64,000 bases of DNA from Nitrospinales bacterium (GCA_965223345.1 CBDCWG010000012.1:1504001-1568000), one strand, 5' to 3'; positions 9,818 to 20,595 are shown, counted from the first letter of the stretch. Translations and numbers: made by a program. The notes: generated by a model not told the origin, from the letters alone.

Positions 9818-11038
9818 TTATTTATCGGTGTATTCAGATGTATTTCCCTGGCAAATTTCTCTCCAGACGGGCACACGGTCTAAAAGGCCGATTTTTTTAA
9901 TATAGTTTTCATCAAGCTCTGAAGATCGGCGATCGTTTTGATCCCCGTCTATTTCATGAGCCAGAACATTGGCCACATGAATGGCAACCAATGGGGTCAG
10001 TGTCTGGCACTCACTCTGGGAAGGAAAATGATGATAGGCGACCGCTTCGACAAGAGGATCCGGAAACCCCCAAAGGCCTAACAAATATGCGCTCAACTGA
10101 TCGTGCGTGATATTCAGAATACTCTGTTCCGCCTGGCATATTTGCACCGAATTGGCTTGTGCAAATGAAAGCACTTCCTGGTATTTATCTGGAAGATAGT
10201 AAGCAATTAATATTTTCCCGATGTCATGCAGCATCGCTCCGGTGATAACGTAGCTTTTAAATGCTTCGCTCGTGTCTTCAGCTTCTGCAATATTCACGGC
10301 ATATTTTCTTACCGTCATGCTGTGATTCCAGATTTTGTCCAATGACAAATCTGTTAATTTATTTTGCTCGAACTTTGAAAAAATTTGATACGAGAGGACC
10401 AGGCTCTGAATCATATCCATACCCAAAATTTGGACTGCATGCTCCACGGTCAACACTTTTTGGGAAGAACCAAAAAACGCCGAGTTCGCCAATTGCAGGA
10501 TTTTGGCAGACATCCCGATGTCCTTGGAAATGATTTTGCCCACGTTCTCCAGGGAATATTCCTCGGAATTCAATTCCTCTGTTAATTCGCTATACAACTC
10601 GGGCAGTATGGGGATGGATTCTATCCGGGACACCAGTTTTTCCAGATCCTTGCTGCTCAATAGTTTCTGCAAGGAGAAGGCTCGGTCCACCGTTGACTTC
10701 AGCAATTGAAAATCGCAAGGTTTGGATAAAAACTGATGCATGAAACTTGCCGCCTGCAGGAATCCATGTTCATCAGCCTGGCCGGATAAAATGATACGGA
10801 TGGTGTCAGGAAAATTATTTTTTACTTCCTTAAGAAGTTGAGCGCCATCCATTCCAGGCATGCGCATATCGCTCACCACCATGTCCATGGGGTCTTCCCC
10901 CATTATTTCGAGTGCTTGCTGCCCACTTTCGGCAAAGTCCGTATCCCATTCGTTTCGCATTTTGCGCAGCATGCGACGGAATCCTTGAAGAATGACCGGG
11001 TCATCGTCAACGAATAAAATTTTCTTTTTTCTATTCAT
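9818..11038 (-). CDS. Receiver + HDOD domain protein
   Basis: REC followed by LP.LP, ILQLANSAFFG, WNHS, LHDIGK, LWGFP, YHH. Confidence 0.88.
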   Translation of the reverse strand: MNRKKKILFVDDDPVILQGFRRMLRKMRNEWDTDFAESGQQALEIMGEDPMDMVVSDMRMPGMDGAQLLKEVKNNFPDTIRIILSGQADEHGFLQAASFMHQFLSKPCDFQLLKSTVDRAFSLQKLLSSKDLEKLVSRIESIPILPELYSELTEELNSEEYSLENVGKIISKDIGMSAKILQLANSAFFGSSQKVLTVEHAVQILGMDMIQSLVLSYQIFSKFEQNKLTDLSLDKIWNHSMTVRKYAVNIAEAEDTSEAFKSYVITGAMLHDIGKILIAYYLPDKYQEVLSFAQANSVQICQAEQSILNITHDQLSAYLLGLWGFPDPLVEAVAYHHFPSQSECQTLTPLVAIHVANVLAHEIDGDQNDRRSSELDENYIKKIGLLDRVPVWREICQGNTSEYTDK

Positions 11039-11151
11039 TTAATTATTATTCCCTCTTTGACGGACGTCTTGGAATGAGAAACGATAAATCCACAGTTGAT
11101 TTTGACGTATTGCCCGAATCTTCACAGTTTTGATTGAAGGATCGCGATGTT

Positions 11152-13167
11152 TCATTTCTTTTCTGCCGAGATGGGAAACCGAAAAATAAAAGTGGTTCCT
11201 TTCCCCTCATCGGTTCCGAGGTTGACGGTTCCGCCATGCTTTTTGACGACGATCGAGTGCACGATGGAAAGCCCCTGTCCCGTTCCCTTGCCGACTTCTT
11301 TCGTGGTGAAAAAGGGATCGAAGATTTTGGATTGGATGCTCTCGGGAATCCCGGGCCCGTTATCCTGGATGCGGATTTCCGCCCAGTCCCCGTCCTTTTT
11401 CGTGCTGATCGCGATGGTTCCCTTGTCGCCTGAGTTTTTGACTTTCTCCGCAATGGCATGCGCCGCATTGACCACCACGTTCAATATGACCTGATTGAAG
11501 TCATTGGCAAAGCAGGGGATGGGAGGGAGGCCGGGATCGAAATCCTTTTCTATTTCCGCAAAGTATTTCCATTCGTTCCTGGCAACCGTCAGCGTGGTTT
11601 CAATCGCCTGGTTGATGTCCATCGGAACTTTCTCTTCCGAACCGGGGTGAGAAAATTCCTTCATGGCCTTGATGATCTTGGTGACGCGCTCGACACCTTC
11701 TAAGGATTGCTTGATGGCCAGGGGGATCTCCTCGGAAAGATAATCCATATCGCTGCTTTCCAGGGAAGATTCCACCTGCTGCATCACATTCTCTGAGACA
11801 GCTCCCTTTTTGCATTCCTTGCGCAATTGTTCGTGCGCGTCGATGGCCCCAAACAGCTGATGGAAGGATTCCTCCAGAAACCGGGTGTTGTCTCCGATGA
11901 ATTGCATCGGTGTGTTGATCTCATGCGCCATGCCTGCTGCCAATTGGCCGATCGACTCCATCTTCTGGGAATGATTCAACTGCGCCTGCATCTGTTTCTG
12001 CTCGGTGATGTCCTTGAAAGTGACCACGGTTCCGATAATGATATCTCCGTCGATTATTGGGTTGCTTATATACTCGACCGGAAAACTGGAACCGTCTTTT
12101 TTCCAGAACACCTCACTCGTGGTGCGGGTAACCTTTCCGCTGTGAAATGTGGTGTAGATGGGGCATTCTTCTTTTGAGTAAGGAGACCCATCGGTTTTGC
12201 TGTGATGGGTGATATCGTGCATTGTTTTTCCAATCAGTTCTTCCGGTTCATAGCCAAACATTTTTGCAGCAACAGGATTGATGAAAGTTGTTTTTCCTTC
12301 ATAATCCAAGCCGAAAATACCTTCTCCGGCAGAGTTCAAAATCATTTCCATCTGTTTATGCAAATCTTCCAGCAATTCTTCCGACTTTTTCCTTTCGCTG
12401 ATATCCCGTATCGCCCCCATGAAAGAACGGGTCTCACCGAACGAAAACTCGCTCAGCGATATTTCAAGAGGAAACACCTCGCCTCCTTTTCGAACACCTT
12501 CGAACTCGCGGACAGCTCCAAGGAGTCTCTTTTTACCTGTCTTAAGGTATTTTTCTATGTAGCCGTCGTGCCGATTTCTGTGGTGTTCCGGCATTAAGAT
12601 CTTGACATTTTTCCCAATGATTTCATCTTTTGAATACCCGAATATCTTTTCAGCAGAACGAGTGAATGATTCTATGATGCCACGCTCGTTGATTATGACC
12701 ATGCCATCCATCGCATTATCAAACAGGGACTGAAGTCGGCTTTCACTTTCGAGAAGGGCTTGTCTGGTCTGTTTGTGTTTGGCATGGATGGCGTTCACCA
12801 CGGCGTTGTGAAGATATTCAGAGGTGAACTTGCTTTTGACGACGTAATCTTTCGCCCCTCTCTTCATGGCTTCGACGGCAATCGATTCATCCCCTTGTCC
12901 CGTGAGCATGATCACAGCCTCGGAATATCCTTCTGCATTCATATGAGAAAGAAACTCGAGCCCGTTCATATCCGGAAGTAAATAATCAAGGAGAATGCAA
13001 TCTGGAGTCTCCTCTTTCAAAACATTCAATCCTTGACGGCCTGTCTGGCATTGCAAAAATTCATATTCAGACTTAAACCCCTGCGTCAAAAGACGCATGA
13101 TGATCTCCCGATCTGCAGGATTGTCTTCCACAATAAGAATTTTCAGAATATTTGTCTGATTTATCAT
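11152..13167 (-). CDS. Cytoplasmic hybrid sensor kinase REC-PAS-PAS-HisKA-HATPase
   Basis: N-terminal REC; two PAS/PAC domains; AHEINTP H-box; DNGPG, FFTTK, GTGQGL. Confidence 0.92.
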   Translation of the reverse strand: MINQTNILKILIVEDNPADREIIMRLLTQGFKSEYEFLQCQTGRQGLNVLKEETPDCILLDYLLPDMNGLEFLSHMNAEGYSEAVIMLTGQGDESIAVEAMKRGAKDYVVKSKFTSEYLHNAVVNAIHAKHKQTRQALLESESRLQSLFDNAMDGMVIINERGIIESFTRSAEKIFGYSKDEIIGKNVKILMPEHHRNRHDGYIEKYLKTGKKRLLGAVREFEGVRKGGEVFPLEISLSEFSFGETRSFMGAIRDISERKKSEELLEDLHKQMEMILNSAGEGIFGLDYEGKTTFINPVAAKMFGYEPEELIGKTMHDITHHSKTDGSPYSKEECPIYTTFHSGKVTRTTSEVFWKKDGSSFPVEYISNPIIDGDIIIGTVVTFKDITEQKQMQAQLNHSQKMESIGQLAAGMAHEINTPMQFIGDNTRFLEESFHQLFGAIDAHEQLRKECKKGAVSENVMQQVESSLESSDMDYLSEEIPLAIKQSLEGVERVTKIIKAMKEFSHPGSEEKVPMDINQAIETTLTVARNEWKYFAEIEKDFDPGLPPIPCFANDFNQVILNVVVNAAHAIAEKVKNSGDKGTIAISTKKDGDWAEIRIQDNGPGIPESIQSKIFDPFFTTKEVGKGTGQGLSIVHSIVVKKHGGTVNLGTDEGKGTTFIFRFPISAEKK
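11164..12012. repeat. Direct repeat copy 1 (~850 bp kinase transmitter region)
   Basis: Aligns without visible gaps at offset 2055 with 13219-14067, scattered substitutions only. Confidence 0.92.
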
Positions 13168-13206
13168 TTCTAAAACCAGTCCTGATTGTTAATGCATCCT
13201 GTTGTA

Positions 13207-15912
13207 CTAATCCTTGTTTGCCGAGATGGGAAACCGAAAAATAAAAGTGGTTCCTTTCCCCTCATCGGTTTCTAGGTTGACGGTTCCGCCATGCTTTTTG
13301 ACGACGATCGAGTGCACGATGGAAAGCCCCTGTCCCGTTCCCTTGCCGACTTCTTTCGTGGTGAAAAAGGGATCGAAGATTTTGGATTGGATGCTCTCGG
13401 GAATCCCGGGCCCGTTATCCTGGATGCGGATTTCCGCCCAGTCCCCGTCCTTTTTCGTGCTGATCGCGATGGTTCCCTTGTCGCCTGAGTTTTTGACTTT
13501 CTCCGCAATGGCATGCGCCGCATTGACCACCACGTTCAATATGACCTGATTGAAGTCATTGGCAAAGCAGGGGACGGGAGGGAGGCCGGGATCGAAATCT
13601 TTCTCTATTTCCGCGATGTATTTCCATTCGTTCCTGGCAACCGTCAGCGTGGTCTCGATCGCCTGGTTGATGTCCATCGAAACTTTCTCTTCCGAACCGG
13701 GGTGAGAAAATTCCTTCATGGCCTTGATGATCTTGGTGACGCGCTCGACACCTTCTAAGGATTGCTTGATGGCCAGGGGGATCTCCTCGGAAAGGTAATC
13801 CATATCGCTGCTTTCCAGGGAGGATTCCACCTGCTGCACCACTTTTTCTGAGACCGTTCCCTTTTTGCATTCCTTGCGCAATCGATCGTGCGCGTCGATG
13901 GCCCCAAACAGCTGGTGGAAGGATTCTTCCAGAAACCGGGTGTTGTCTCCGATGAATTGCATCGGGGTGTTGATCTCATGCGCCATGCCCGCCGCCAATT
14001 GGCCGATCGACTCCATCTTCTGGGAATGATTCAACTGCGTCTGCATCTGTTTCTGCTCGGATATGTCGCGGATAAAGGCGTTAAAATGGTAATCATTGCC
14101 CAGCCGAATGGGAGAAAGAGAAATTTCGATGGGAAACTCATTCCCATCCTTATTCAACGCTGACAATTCAATGCGACCGCTCACAATTTTTCTCTTCCCG
14201 GTTTTCAGGAAGTTATTCATCCCCGCCAAATGAGCCTCTCGATATGCCGGAGGAATGATCAATTCCGTTATTGTCTGCCCCAGGGCTTCTTTGCTGGACC
14301 AACCGAATGCCTGTTCCGCCTGAATATTCCATTCGATTATCTTCCCGTTCGAATCTGTGCCAATGAAAGCGTCCGGAGCTGTTTCGACAATCACTTGAGC
14401 CCGGGTTTCGCTTTCTGTCCGTAGGGATATTTCTTTCTTGAGAGTCTTGTTGGATTCTTCCAGTTCCGAAGTGCGCTCTTTGATCCGAAGCTCAAGGCTG
14501 TCATGAGCGTGGCGCAAGTCTTCTTCCGCCTTCTCTTTCGCTTTTTGGATCACCTTCATTCTTTCCAGTGAGTCGTTAAAATCTCCCTTGAGATTGGGCG
14601 GCATGGAGGGCTTTTTGCCTTTCAGAATATTCTCCGAACACTCGATAAATATCTGCAACCCCTGCACGAGCTGGTTGCAGGATTGATTAAGAATGCCGAT
14701 TTCATCTTTTGAGCTGACGACCCGTTTCTTCTGCTTTAAATTTCCGGTGGCGGTGTCCGTTAGAATCCTGGAAATTTCCAGGACCGGTTTGATCACAATC
14801 CTGTTTATATAGATACCCAGGCATATCAGAATGATCAGGGTTGCGATTCCCGTCATTGCCACCGCATGTGTGATATTTCTGTGATTCTTCTTGGCGATCT
14901 TTTCATAAAGATTGGTCAGTTCCGAGCTCAAGTCCCTGAGGTTGTTGGATTTTTCGATGATGTCCTGGCGCGCCAGACGAAAGGGGATGGAATTTGTTTC
15001 CAGTTCCAGAATCGTCTCGACATCCTCTACGAGCTCGTGAAATACGTTTTCAATCTCTGAGATTTTATTTTGCGCGTCTGCGTCTGCAATGGCATGGACT
15101 TTTTTCCATTGGGACAGATTCCTGTCCAGAGGCATTTCCCCACCCAGTTTAATCACCAAAAGGGTAAATTCGAACATGGTTTTTGCGGTGACGTATTGGT
15201 TCAGGTTGACATTCAACTCCGCATTTCCCAGGCCGATGTTTTCGGAATAGACCTGTTTGTAACTTCGAATCCCCAACACATCTCCCAGTTTGACCTTTTT
15301 ATTCTGAAGAGCGCTATGGCAGGAAACGCAAGCCGTGGTGGTGGCTCTGTCTGCGCTGTAAAGCTGGAATGTGAGCTTGCCGTCTTCTTCAAGGATTTTG
15401 CTGAAGTAGGGTTCCGATGAACTATTGAGGAGACGATTTGCTTCTTTATCGAATTCACTCCTCAGGTTTTGATCCGGATTCATCGGATCTTCGGAAATGA
15501 TCGTGGCTGAAAATCCGTTTTTCTCTTCAAAACTCTCGTTCACCATGCGGGTGAACGTGGCCGGAAAGGGGATCGTCGGATGAGGTTCTGAAGCAGGGTC
15601 CATGCTGAGAGGAAAATCATATTTCTCGATAACGGATTGCGTGTATATTTTCCGCATTTCGGTGATGTAGCTGTCCAGATATTTTATTTGTTGCTCCAGA
15701 GTTTTCTTTTGACTCTTGGCCATGGAATAACCAAAAACGGATTGGGCCATCTCTTGGGTCAGCATACGTTGGCGGCCGAGCGCATTGATGATTTCTGCAT
15801 CTTCAGCGGCCGTGGAGAGGGAGTGAAGAATGACTGCCCCTGAGATGAAAATGACGAGGATCAGAATGATGAAAACCGCAAAAAACTTGTGTTTTAAGGA
15901 TAGATTTTTCAT
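13207..15912 (-). CDS. Membrane sensor histidine kinase with NarX/PilJ-like + Tll0287/DUF3365-like heme-c periplasmic region, HAMP, PAS, HisKA-HATPase
   Basis: TM, IINALGRQRMLTQ, PFPATF...PMNP...CVSCH...LGDVLG, TM, DEIG HAMP, PAS, AHEINTP. Confidence 0.88.
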   Translation of the reverse strand: MKNLSLKHKFFAVFIILILVIFISGAVILHSLSTAAEDAEIINALGRQRMLTQEMAQSVFGYSMAKSQKKTLEQQIKYLDSYITEMRKIYTQSVIEKYDFPLSMDPASEPHPTIPFPATFTRMVNESFEEKNGFSATIISEDPMNPDQNLRSEFDKEANRLLNSSSEPYFSKILEEDGKLTFQLYSADRATTTACVSCHSALQNKKVKLGDVLGIRSYKQVYSENIGLGNAELNVNLNQYVTAKTMFEFTLLVIKLGGEMPLDRNLSQWKKVHAIADADAQNKISEIENVFHELVEDVETILELETNSIPFRLARQDIIEKSNNLRDLSSELTNLYEKIAKKNHRNITHAVAMTGIATLIILICLGIYINRIVIKPVLEISRILTDTATGNLKQKKRVVSSKDEIGILNQSCNQLVQGLQIFIECSENILKGKKPSMPPNLKGDFNDSLERMKVIQKAKEKAEEDLRHAHDSLELRIKERTSELEESNKTLKKEISLRTESETRAQVIVETAPDAFIGTDSNGKIIEWNIQAEQAFGWSSKEALGQTITELIIPPAYREAHLAGMNNFLKTGKRKIVSGRIELSALNKDGNEFPIEISLSPIRLGNDYHFNAFIRDISEQKQMQTQLNHSQKMESIGQLAAGMAHEINTPMQFIGDNTRFLEESFHQLFGAIDAHDRLRKECKKGTVSEKVVQQVESSLESSDMDYLSEEIPLAIKQSLEGVERVTKIIKAMKEFSHPGSEEKVSMDINQAIETTLTVARNEWKYIAEIEKDFDPGLPPVPCFANDFNQVILNVVVNAAHAIAEKVKNSGDKGTIAISTKKDGDWAEIRIQDNGPGIPESIQSKIFDPFFTTKEVGKGTGQGLSIVHSIVVKKHGGTVNLETDEGKGTTFIFRFPISANKD
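13219..14067. repeat. Direct repeat copy 2 (~850 bp kinase transmitter region)
   Basis: Near-identical to 11164-12012. Confidence 0.92.
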
Positions 15913-16737
15913 TTCATCTCATCGATTGATGGCACAGGAAAGGGCCTGCATTTCATATTTATCCGGGCATGGAATGTAAAGATAATTTTAGAATAAGATA
16001 ATAGCGCCATAAAATCAATGGTTTATGTGTTTGTTCCGAATGGGAATCTGGCTGAAAAACGACCATGAAAGGAATTGGCTGCGGGTTTTCAACCCTTTTG
16101 AGTGGAAGAAGCGATCTGAATGGGCCGCTTTCCCGGGACGATGGGCCCGAATTTCAATAAAAATGAGGAAAAAACGGTTCTTCGCGAGGCTTCAACATGG
16201 CAAGGAAGTGAGCTCTGTTCTCATAAGCTCTTGTTGTCAAAGAGGAAGCTTTAGATGGAAAGATAGAAGGGGGCATCCTTCTGAGTCTCGAATTTTGCTG
16301 AACCACCTTTATTGCAAGGGTTTGCCGTTTTTGTGTCCCGCAAAGGCCGATTGCATCCGATCAATCTTATTGTTTTATTGGGACAAAAATTGACATCATC
16401 CGGGGATTGCCTTAGCCTGAATACAATATGGGTAAATGTTAATATTTCTGTGTTGAGTTAAAAGGGCCCGGAATAGAGCCGTTTCGGAAATCCAAGAGAC
16501 GGCGACCCTCCGCATGGTAAATTCGTGGTTTGTGGAATGCCGGGTGCGTCTTCATTGTGATGACACTCCCTGCAAAGAGAAATTAAGTGTGAAGAACACA
16601 AATGGGTAAACGGATCCACAAGCATAGAGTTGTTTGCATTGAATTTTTTTCATCATTGCTGCGTATGCTGTGGTTCGTACCGTACAGGGCTTTTAGAGAA
16701 TGACTTGACAATCAAACGATAGGTACAGGTGCAGGGC

Positions 16738-19700
16738 ATGAATCCATCCTTTAAATTCTCACCTAAAATCAGCACAAAAATCATCGCAATGGCTGTGCTG
16801 CTTGTCGGATTCACGGCTTTCTTCACGAACCGGAATTACTTCCACAACACGCAGGACATACTGGTCGCCGATCAGATCGGGGCGCTGGAAGAGGAATCGC
16901 GGCTGCTGATCTCCCCCATTCGAAAATCCATCAACGAACTGAAAATCGATTTGACCAAACTGCATGCGGAACCGGCGTTGCTGAACATGCTGGCAAACAA
17001 TAGCCAGAAGAATATCGATGCGCTGGCTGATAAGTTTAGAAAGCTGCTGTTGGTCAACCCGAATTACTTTCAGGCACGGTTTATCGATGAAAACGGCCAG
17101 GAGCTGTTGAGCCTTGACCGTAAGGGAAGACATATCATCCGCGGCACTCGGAAACAGTTACAAAACAAGGCCGAGACTTCCTATTTCAAAGAATCCATTG
17201 AGATGAAACCCGGGCTGATCTATCTCTCGGAGATAGAGCCGAACAGGGAATTTGGCCGAATCATACGCCCAATCACACTCGTATTGCGCGCCGTTCTGCC
17301 CGTCTACCGCAAAGATGAAACGCTGGCCGGGCTTCTGGTGATCAATTTGAATATGTCCCGGCTTTTGAATGAACTGAGCCAGGAAGTCCAAGCCAAGCGC
17401 AGTCTGTACGTGACCAACACGCATGGCGAATATCTCTGGCATCCCAAGCGAGAATATTTGCTCGGCGTCACCCCCGAAAAAATTACCATTCAGGATGAAT
17501 TTCCCAAAAGCCAACAGGTTGTGGAGGGCTATAAGCGTAAACTGCTGGCTGAAACGAAGGATGGGAAAATTCTCTCGTACATCGCTTTGCCTTTTGATGC
17601 GTTGAATCCCCATCGCCTGCTGGGTGTGGGCCTGACTGCGCAGCGCGATGTTTTGCTGGCAGACATTGAAGCACTACATCGACGGAATAACCTGTTTTCG
17701 ATTGGGATGGTTTTGCTCTCCGCTTTTCTGGCGGCGGTCTTTGGCCGGGTTATCACCGCCCCTCTTAAACAAGTCACAGAGATTGCGGAAAAATTTCCTG
17801 AAGAAACGGATACCCGCGATTTGCCTGCACACAAACAGGATGAGACGGGAGCGCTCGCGCGTAGCTTCATCCGTCTTATGCGGGAAGTCTTGGATCGGGA
17901 ATGGCTGCGGACGGGACAATTGAATGTGGTTTCTTCCATACGAGGCAATTTGAACGTTGAAGAAACGGCCGCTAAAATTTTAAAAAGCCTTTGCAATTAC
18001 CTCGAAGTCCCGCTCGCCGCGTTGTACCAGGTGCAGGAGGATGATTCTCTCCGCTTCATCAAAGGTTATGCGATCGATGGCGAAGCAAAAGCCGAGCAAA
18101 TGATTGCGGCCGGTGATTCCGTTTTGGCCACAGTTTTAGATAGCGGTGTCATCCAGGTCGATAACGAGATCCCCGAGAATTACTTCCGCATCCATTCCGG
18201 ATTGGGCGAGACACGCCCGGTTGCACGGCTTATCGCGCCAATCATTCTCGAGGACAAATCCATCGCCGTGATCGAGCTCGCCGGCGTGAAGGCATTTTCT
18301 GATAAAGCAATCAGTTTGATGGAGCATCTTTCAGAAACCATCGGGCTGGGTTTGCTCGCGGCGGTATTGCGGGAAAACACCGTTGATATGCTCACGCAAA
18401 GCCGGGCCCAGGAGGCGGAGCTCAGCGCATCCAACGAGCAGTTGGAGGTGAACGCAAAATCATTGGAGGAAAAACAAGAAGAGCTGCAGAGGCAGGCGGC
18501 GGAAATGGAAGCACAGAACTTCCAGCTTGAGGAACAGAAAGCGCGAATTGAAGAGCAATCGGCTGATATCAAACAAAAAATGGCAGAAATTGAGCGCGTC
18601 AGCACCTACAAATCCGAATTTCTCGCAAATATGAGCCATGAACTGCGGACTCCCCTCAACAGTCTTCTGATCCTTGCCAAATCCTTTCAGGATAATGAAG
18701 ACGGAAATTTAACACCGGATCAGGTCGAGGAAGCGGGCATGATATATAGCGGAGGCGTGGAGCTGCTCTCGCTGATCAATGATGTTCTTGATTTTTCCAA
18801 AATTGAGGCGGGGCAGGTCAACATCATCAAGAATGATGTGCCTATTCAAACTGTGGTGCAAAAGCTGGCGGCACAATTCTTACCGCTGGCCCGTGAAAGG
18901 GGCGTCGAATTGTTGCTGGAAGTGAATACCGGCGTTCCGGAAACGATTCACACCGATGGGCAGCGTTTGGAACAGGTGCTGAAAAACTTTCTGTCCAATG
19001 CCATTAAATTCACGGAAGAAGGCAGCGTGACGCTCAAGGTTTTCCATGAAGCTGAATACGATCGAATCGCCTTTGCGGTTGCGGATACTGGAATCGGCAT
19101 CAACCCGGACAAACAGGGAGAAATATTTGAAGCATTCAGGCAGGAAGACGGTTCCATCGACCGCAAGTTCGGTGGTACCGGGCTTGGGCTGTCGATCTCT
19201 CAGCAACTCGCGAAGCTTCTTGGCGGTAAAATCACGCTGAACAGTCAAAAAGATCGGGGCAGCACATTTATTCTGCACTTGCCGGTGACGGATGCAGACA
19301 ACGCTGCCGGTACCGATGAAAACTCTCATGCCGAAACGCTGGATGTGTTTCCTGCTGAAACAATACGCAAGACCGATCTGACTTCCGATCAGGATGAAAA
19401 AACGCTGCTGGTGGTTGAGGATGATCAACGCTTTGCGGCCACCCTCAGAAAACTGGCGAACAAAAAAGGCTATGTGACCTATGTGGCCCATACCGGCAAG
19501 GATGCGTTGATGATGGCGCATATCCATAAACCGAGGGGAATCATCCTGGATTTGATGCTGCCGGATATGGATGGAATGAAAGTGTTGGAGCAGCTTAAGG
19601 GGAACATCAAAACGCGTCATATTCCCGTCCATGTTGTGTCCGCCCGGAATGACCCTGGCCGGGATTCATTGAAAAAGGGGGCCATTGGTTATTTGAGCAA

Positions 19701-20595
19701 ACCGGTCAACCCGGAACAAATGGATGCGATATTTGCCCGAGTCGCCACCGTGAATCAGGAAACGATCAAACATGTTCTTGTGATTGAAGATGATGAAAAA
19801 ACTCAAAAAGCGGTGAAAAAATTATTGCAGGGAAAAGATGTTGAAATAACTTGCGTCAGTGAAGGCAGAGATGGCCTGGAAAAGTTAAATGCGCAGGATT
19901 TTGATTGCGTGATCCTGGATTTGCAGTTGCCCGATATGACCGGTTTTGACTGGCTGAGACACGTTGAATCGAATGGTCACAAGGCGGTTCCGCCTGTGGT
20001 GGTTTATACCGCGCGCAAACTGACGCGCGAAGAAACACGCACGCTGGAGGAATACACCGGCTCCATCATTATTAAAGGAGCGCATTCGCCCGCCCGGCTT
20101 GTCGATGAAGTGATGCTCTTTCTGCATAGCGTTGAAGAAAACTTAAACGAGGAACAACGCCGCATCATCACCATGCAGTACGATTCCGATGAAATCCTGA
20201 AGTCGCGTAAAATCTTGCTGGTCGATGATGATATGCGCAATGTGTTTGCCATGTCTAAAATGCTTAAAAAGCAGGGTATGGAGGTGGTGATTGCCGATAA
20301 CGGCCAGATGGCGCTCGAACAACTCGATAAAGAAGAGGGTATCGACCTCGTTGTGATGGATATCATGATGCCGGTCATGGGCGGTTATGAAGCCACACAA
20401 AAAATCCGCCAGCATCCTGTCTATAAAGATCTGCCGGTGATTGCCCTGACCGCCCGCACGATGCCGGATGAGCGCGAAAAGTGTTTGGCCGCCGGGGCCA
20501 ACGATTATCTTGCCAAACCGGTTGATATCGAAGTGCTGCTCACTCTCATGCGCGTCTTACTTTTCGAGAAAAAAGAAGTGGCGGCCCGATGCTAA
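16738..20595 (+). CDS. Hybrid sensor kinase: Cache-like, HAMP, GAF, coiled coil, HisKA-HATPase, three receivers
   Basis: FLANMSHELRTPLN, NAIKFT, GGTGLGL and three REC motifs; start may be GTG 16729. Confidence 0.92.
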   Translation: MNPSFKFSPKISTKIIAMAVLLVGFTAFFTNRNYFHNTQDILVADQIGALEEESRLLISPIRKSINELKIDLTKLHAEPALLNMLANNSQKNIDALADKFRKLLLVNPNYFQARFIDENGQELLSLDRKGRHIIRGTRKQLQNKAETSYFKESIEMKPGLIYLSEIEPNREFGRIIRPITLVLRAVLPVYRKDETLAGLLVINLNMSRLLNELSQEVQAKRSLYVTNTHGEYLWHPKREYLLGVTPEKITIQDEFPKSQQVVEGYKRKLLAETKDGKILSYIALPFDALNPHRLLGVGLTAQRDVLLADIEALHRRNNLFSIGMVLLSAFLAAVFGRVITAPLKQVTEIAEKFPEETDTRDLPAHKQDETGALARSFIRLMREVLDREWLRTGQLNVVSSIRGNLNVEETAAKILKSLCNYLEVPLAALYQVQEDDSLRFIKGYAIDGEAKAEQMIAAGDSVLATVLDSGVIQVDNEIPENYFRIHSGLGETRPVARLIAPIILEDKSIAVIELAGVKAFSDKAISLMEHLSETIGLGLLAAVLRENTVDMLTQSRAQEAELSASNEQLEVNAKSLEEKQEELQRQAAEMEAQNFQLEEQKARIEEQSADIKQKMAEIERVSTYKSEFLANMSHELRTPLNSLLILAKSFQDNEDGNLTPDQVEEAGMIYSGGVELLSLINDVLDFSKIEAGQVNIIKNDVPIQTVVQKLAAQFLPLARERGVELLLEVNTGVPETIHTDGQRLEQVLKNFLSNAIKFTEEGSVTLKVFHEAEYDRIAFAVADTGIGINPDKQGEIFEAFRQEDGSIDRKFGGTGLGLSISQQLAKLLGGKITLNSQKDRGSTFILHLPVTDADNAAGTDENSHAETLDVFPAETIRKTDLTSDQDEKTLLVVEDDQRFAATLRKLANKKGYVTYVAHTGKDALMMAHIHKPRGIILDLMLPDMDGMKVLEQLKGNIKTRHIPVHVVSARNDPGRDSLKKGAIGYLSKPVNPEQMDAIFARVATVNQETIKHVLVIEDDEKTQKAVKKLLQGKDVEITCVSEGRDGLEKLNAQDFDCVILDLQLPDMTGFDWLRHVESNGHKAVPPVVVYTARKLTREETRTLEEYTGSIIIKGAHSPARLVDEVMLFLHSVEENLNEEQRRIITMQYDSDEILKSRKILLVDDDMRNVFAMSKMLKKQGMEVVIADNGQMALEQLDKEEGIDLVVMDIMMPVMGGYEATQKIRQHPVYKDLPVIALTARTMPDEREKCLAAGANDYLAKPVDIEVLLTLMRVLLFEKKEVAARC

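Noticed and set aside
11164..14067. Repeat as IS ends or a composite transposon
   Set aside because: Both copies are in-frame kinase coding sequence; no transposase or terminal inverted repeats.
15913..16737. Long divergent intergenic region and ORF 16025-16393
   Set aside because: No convincing RBS, motif, correctly spaced sigma54 site or RNA structure recognised.
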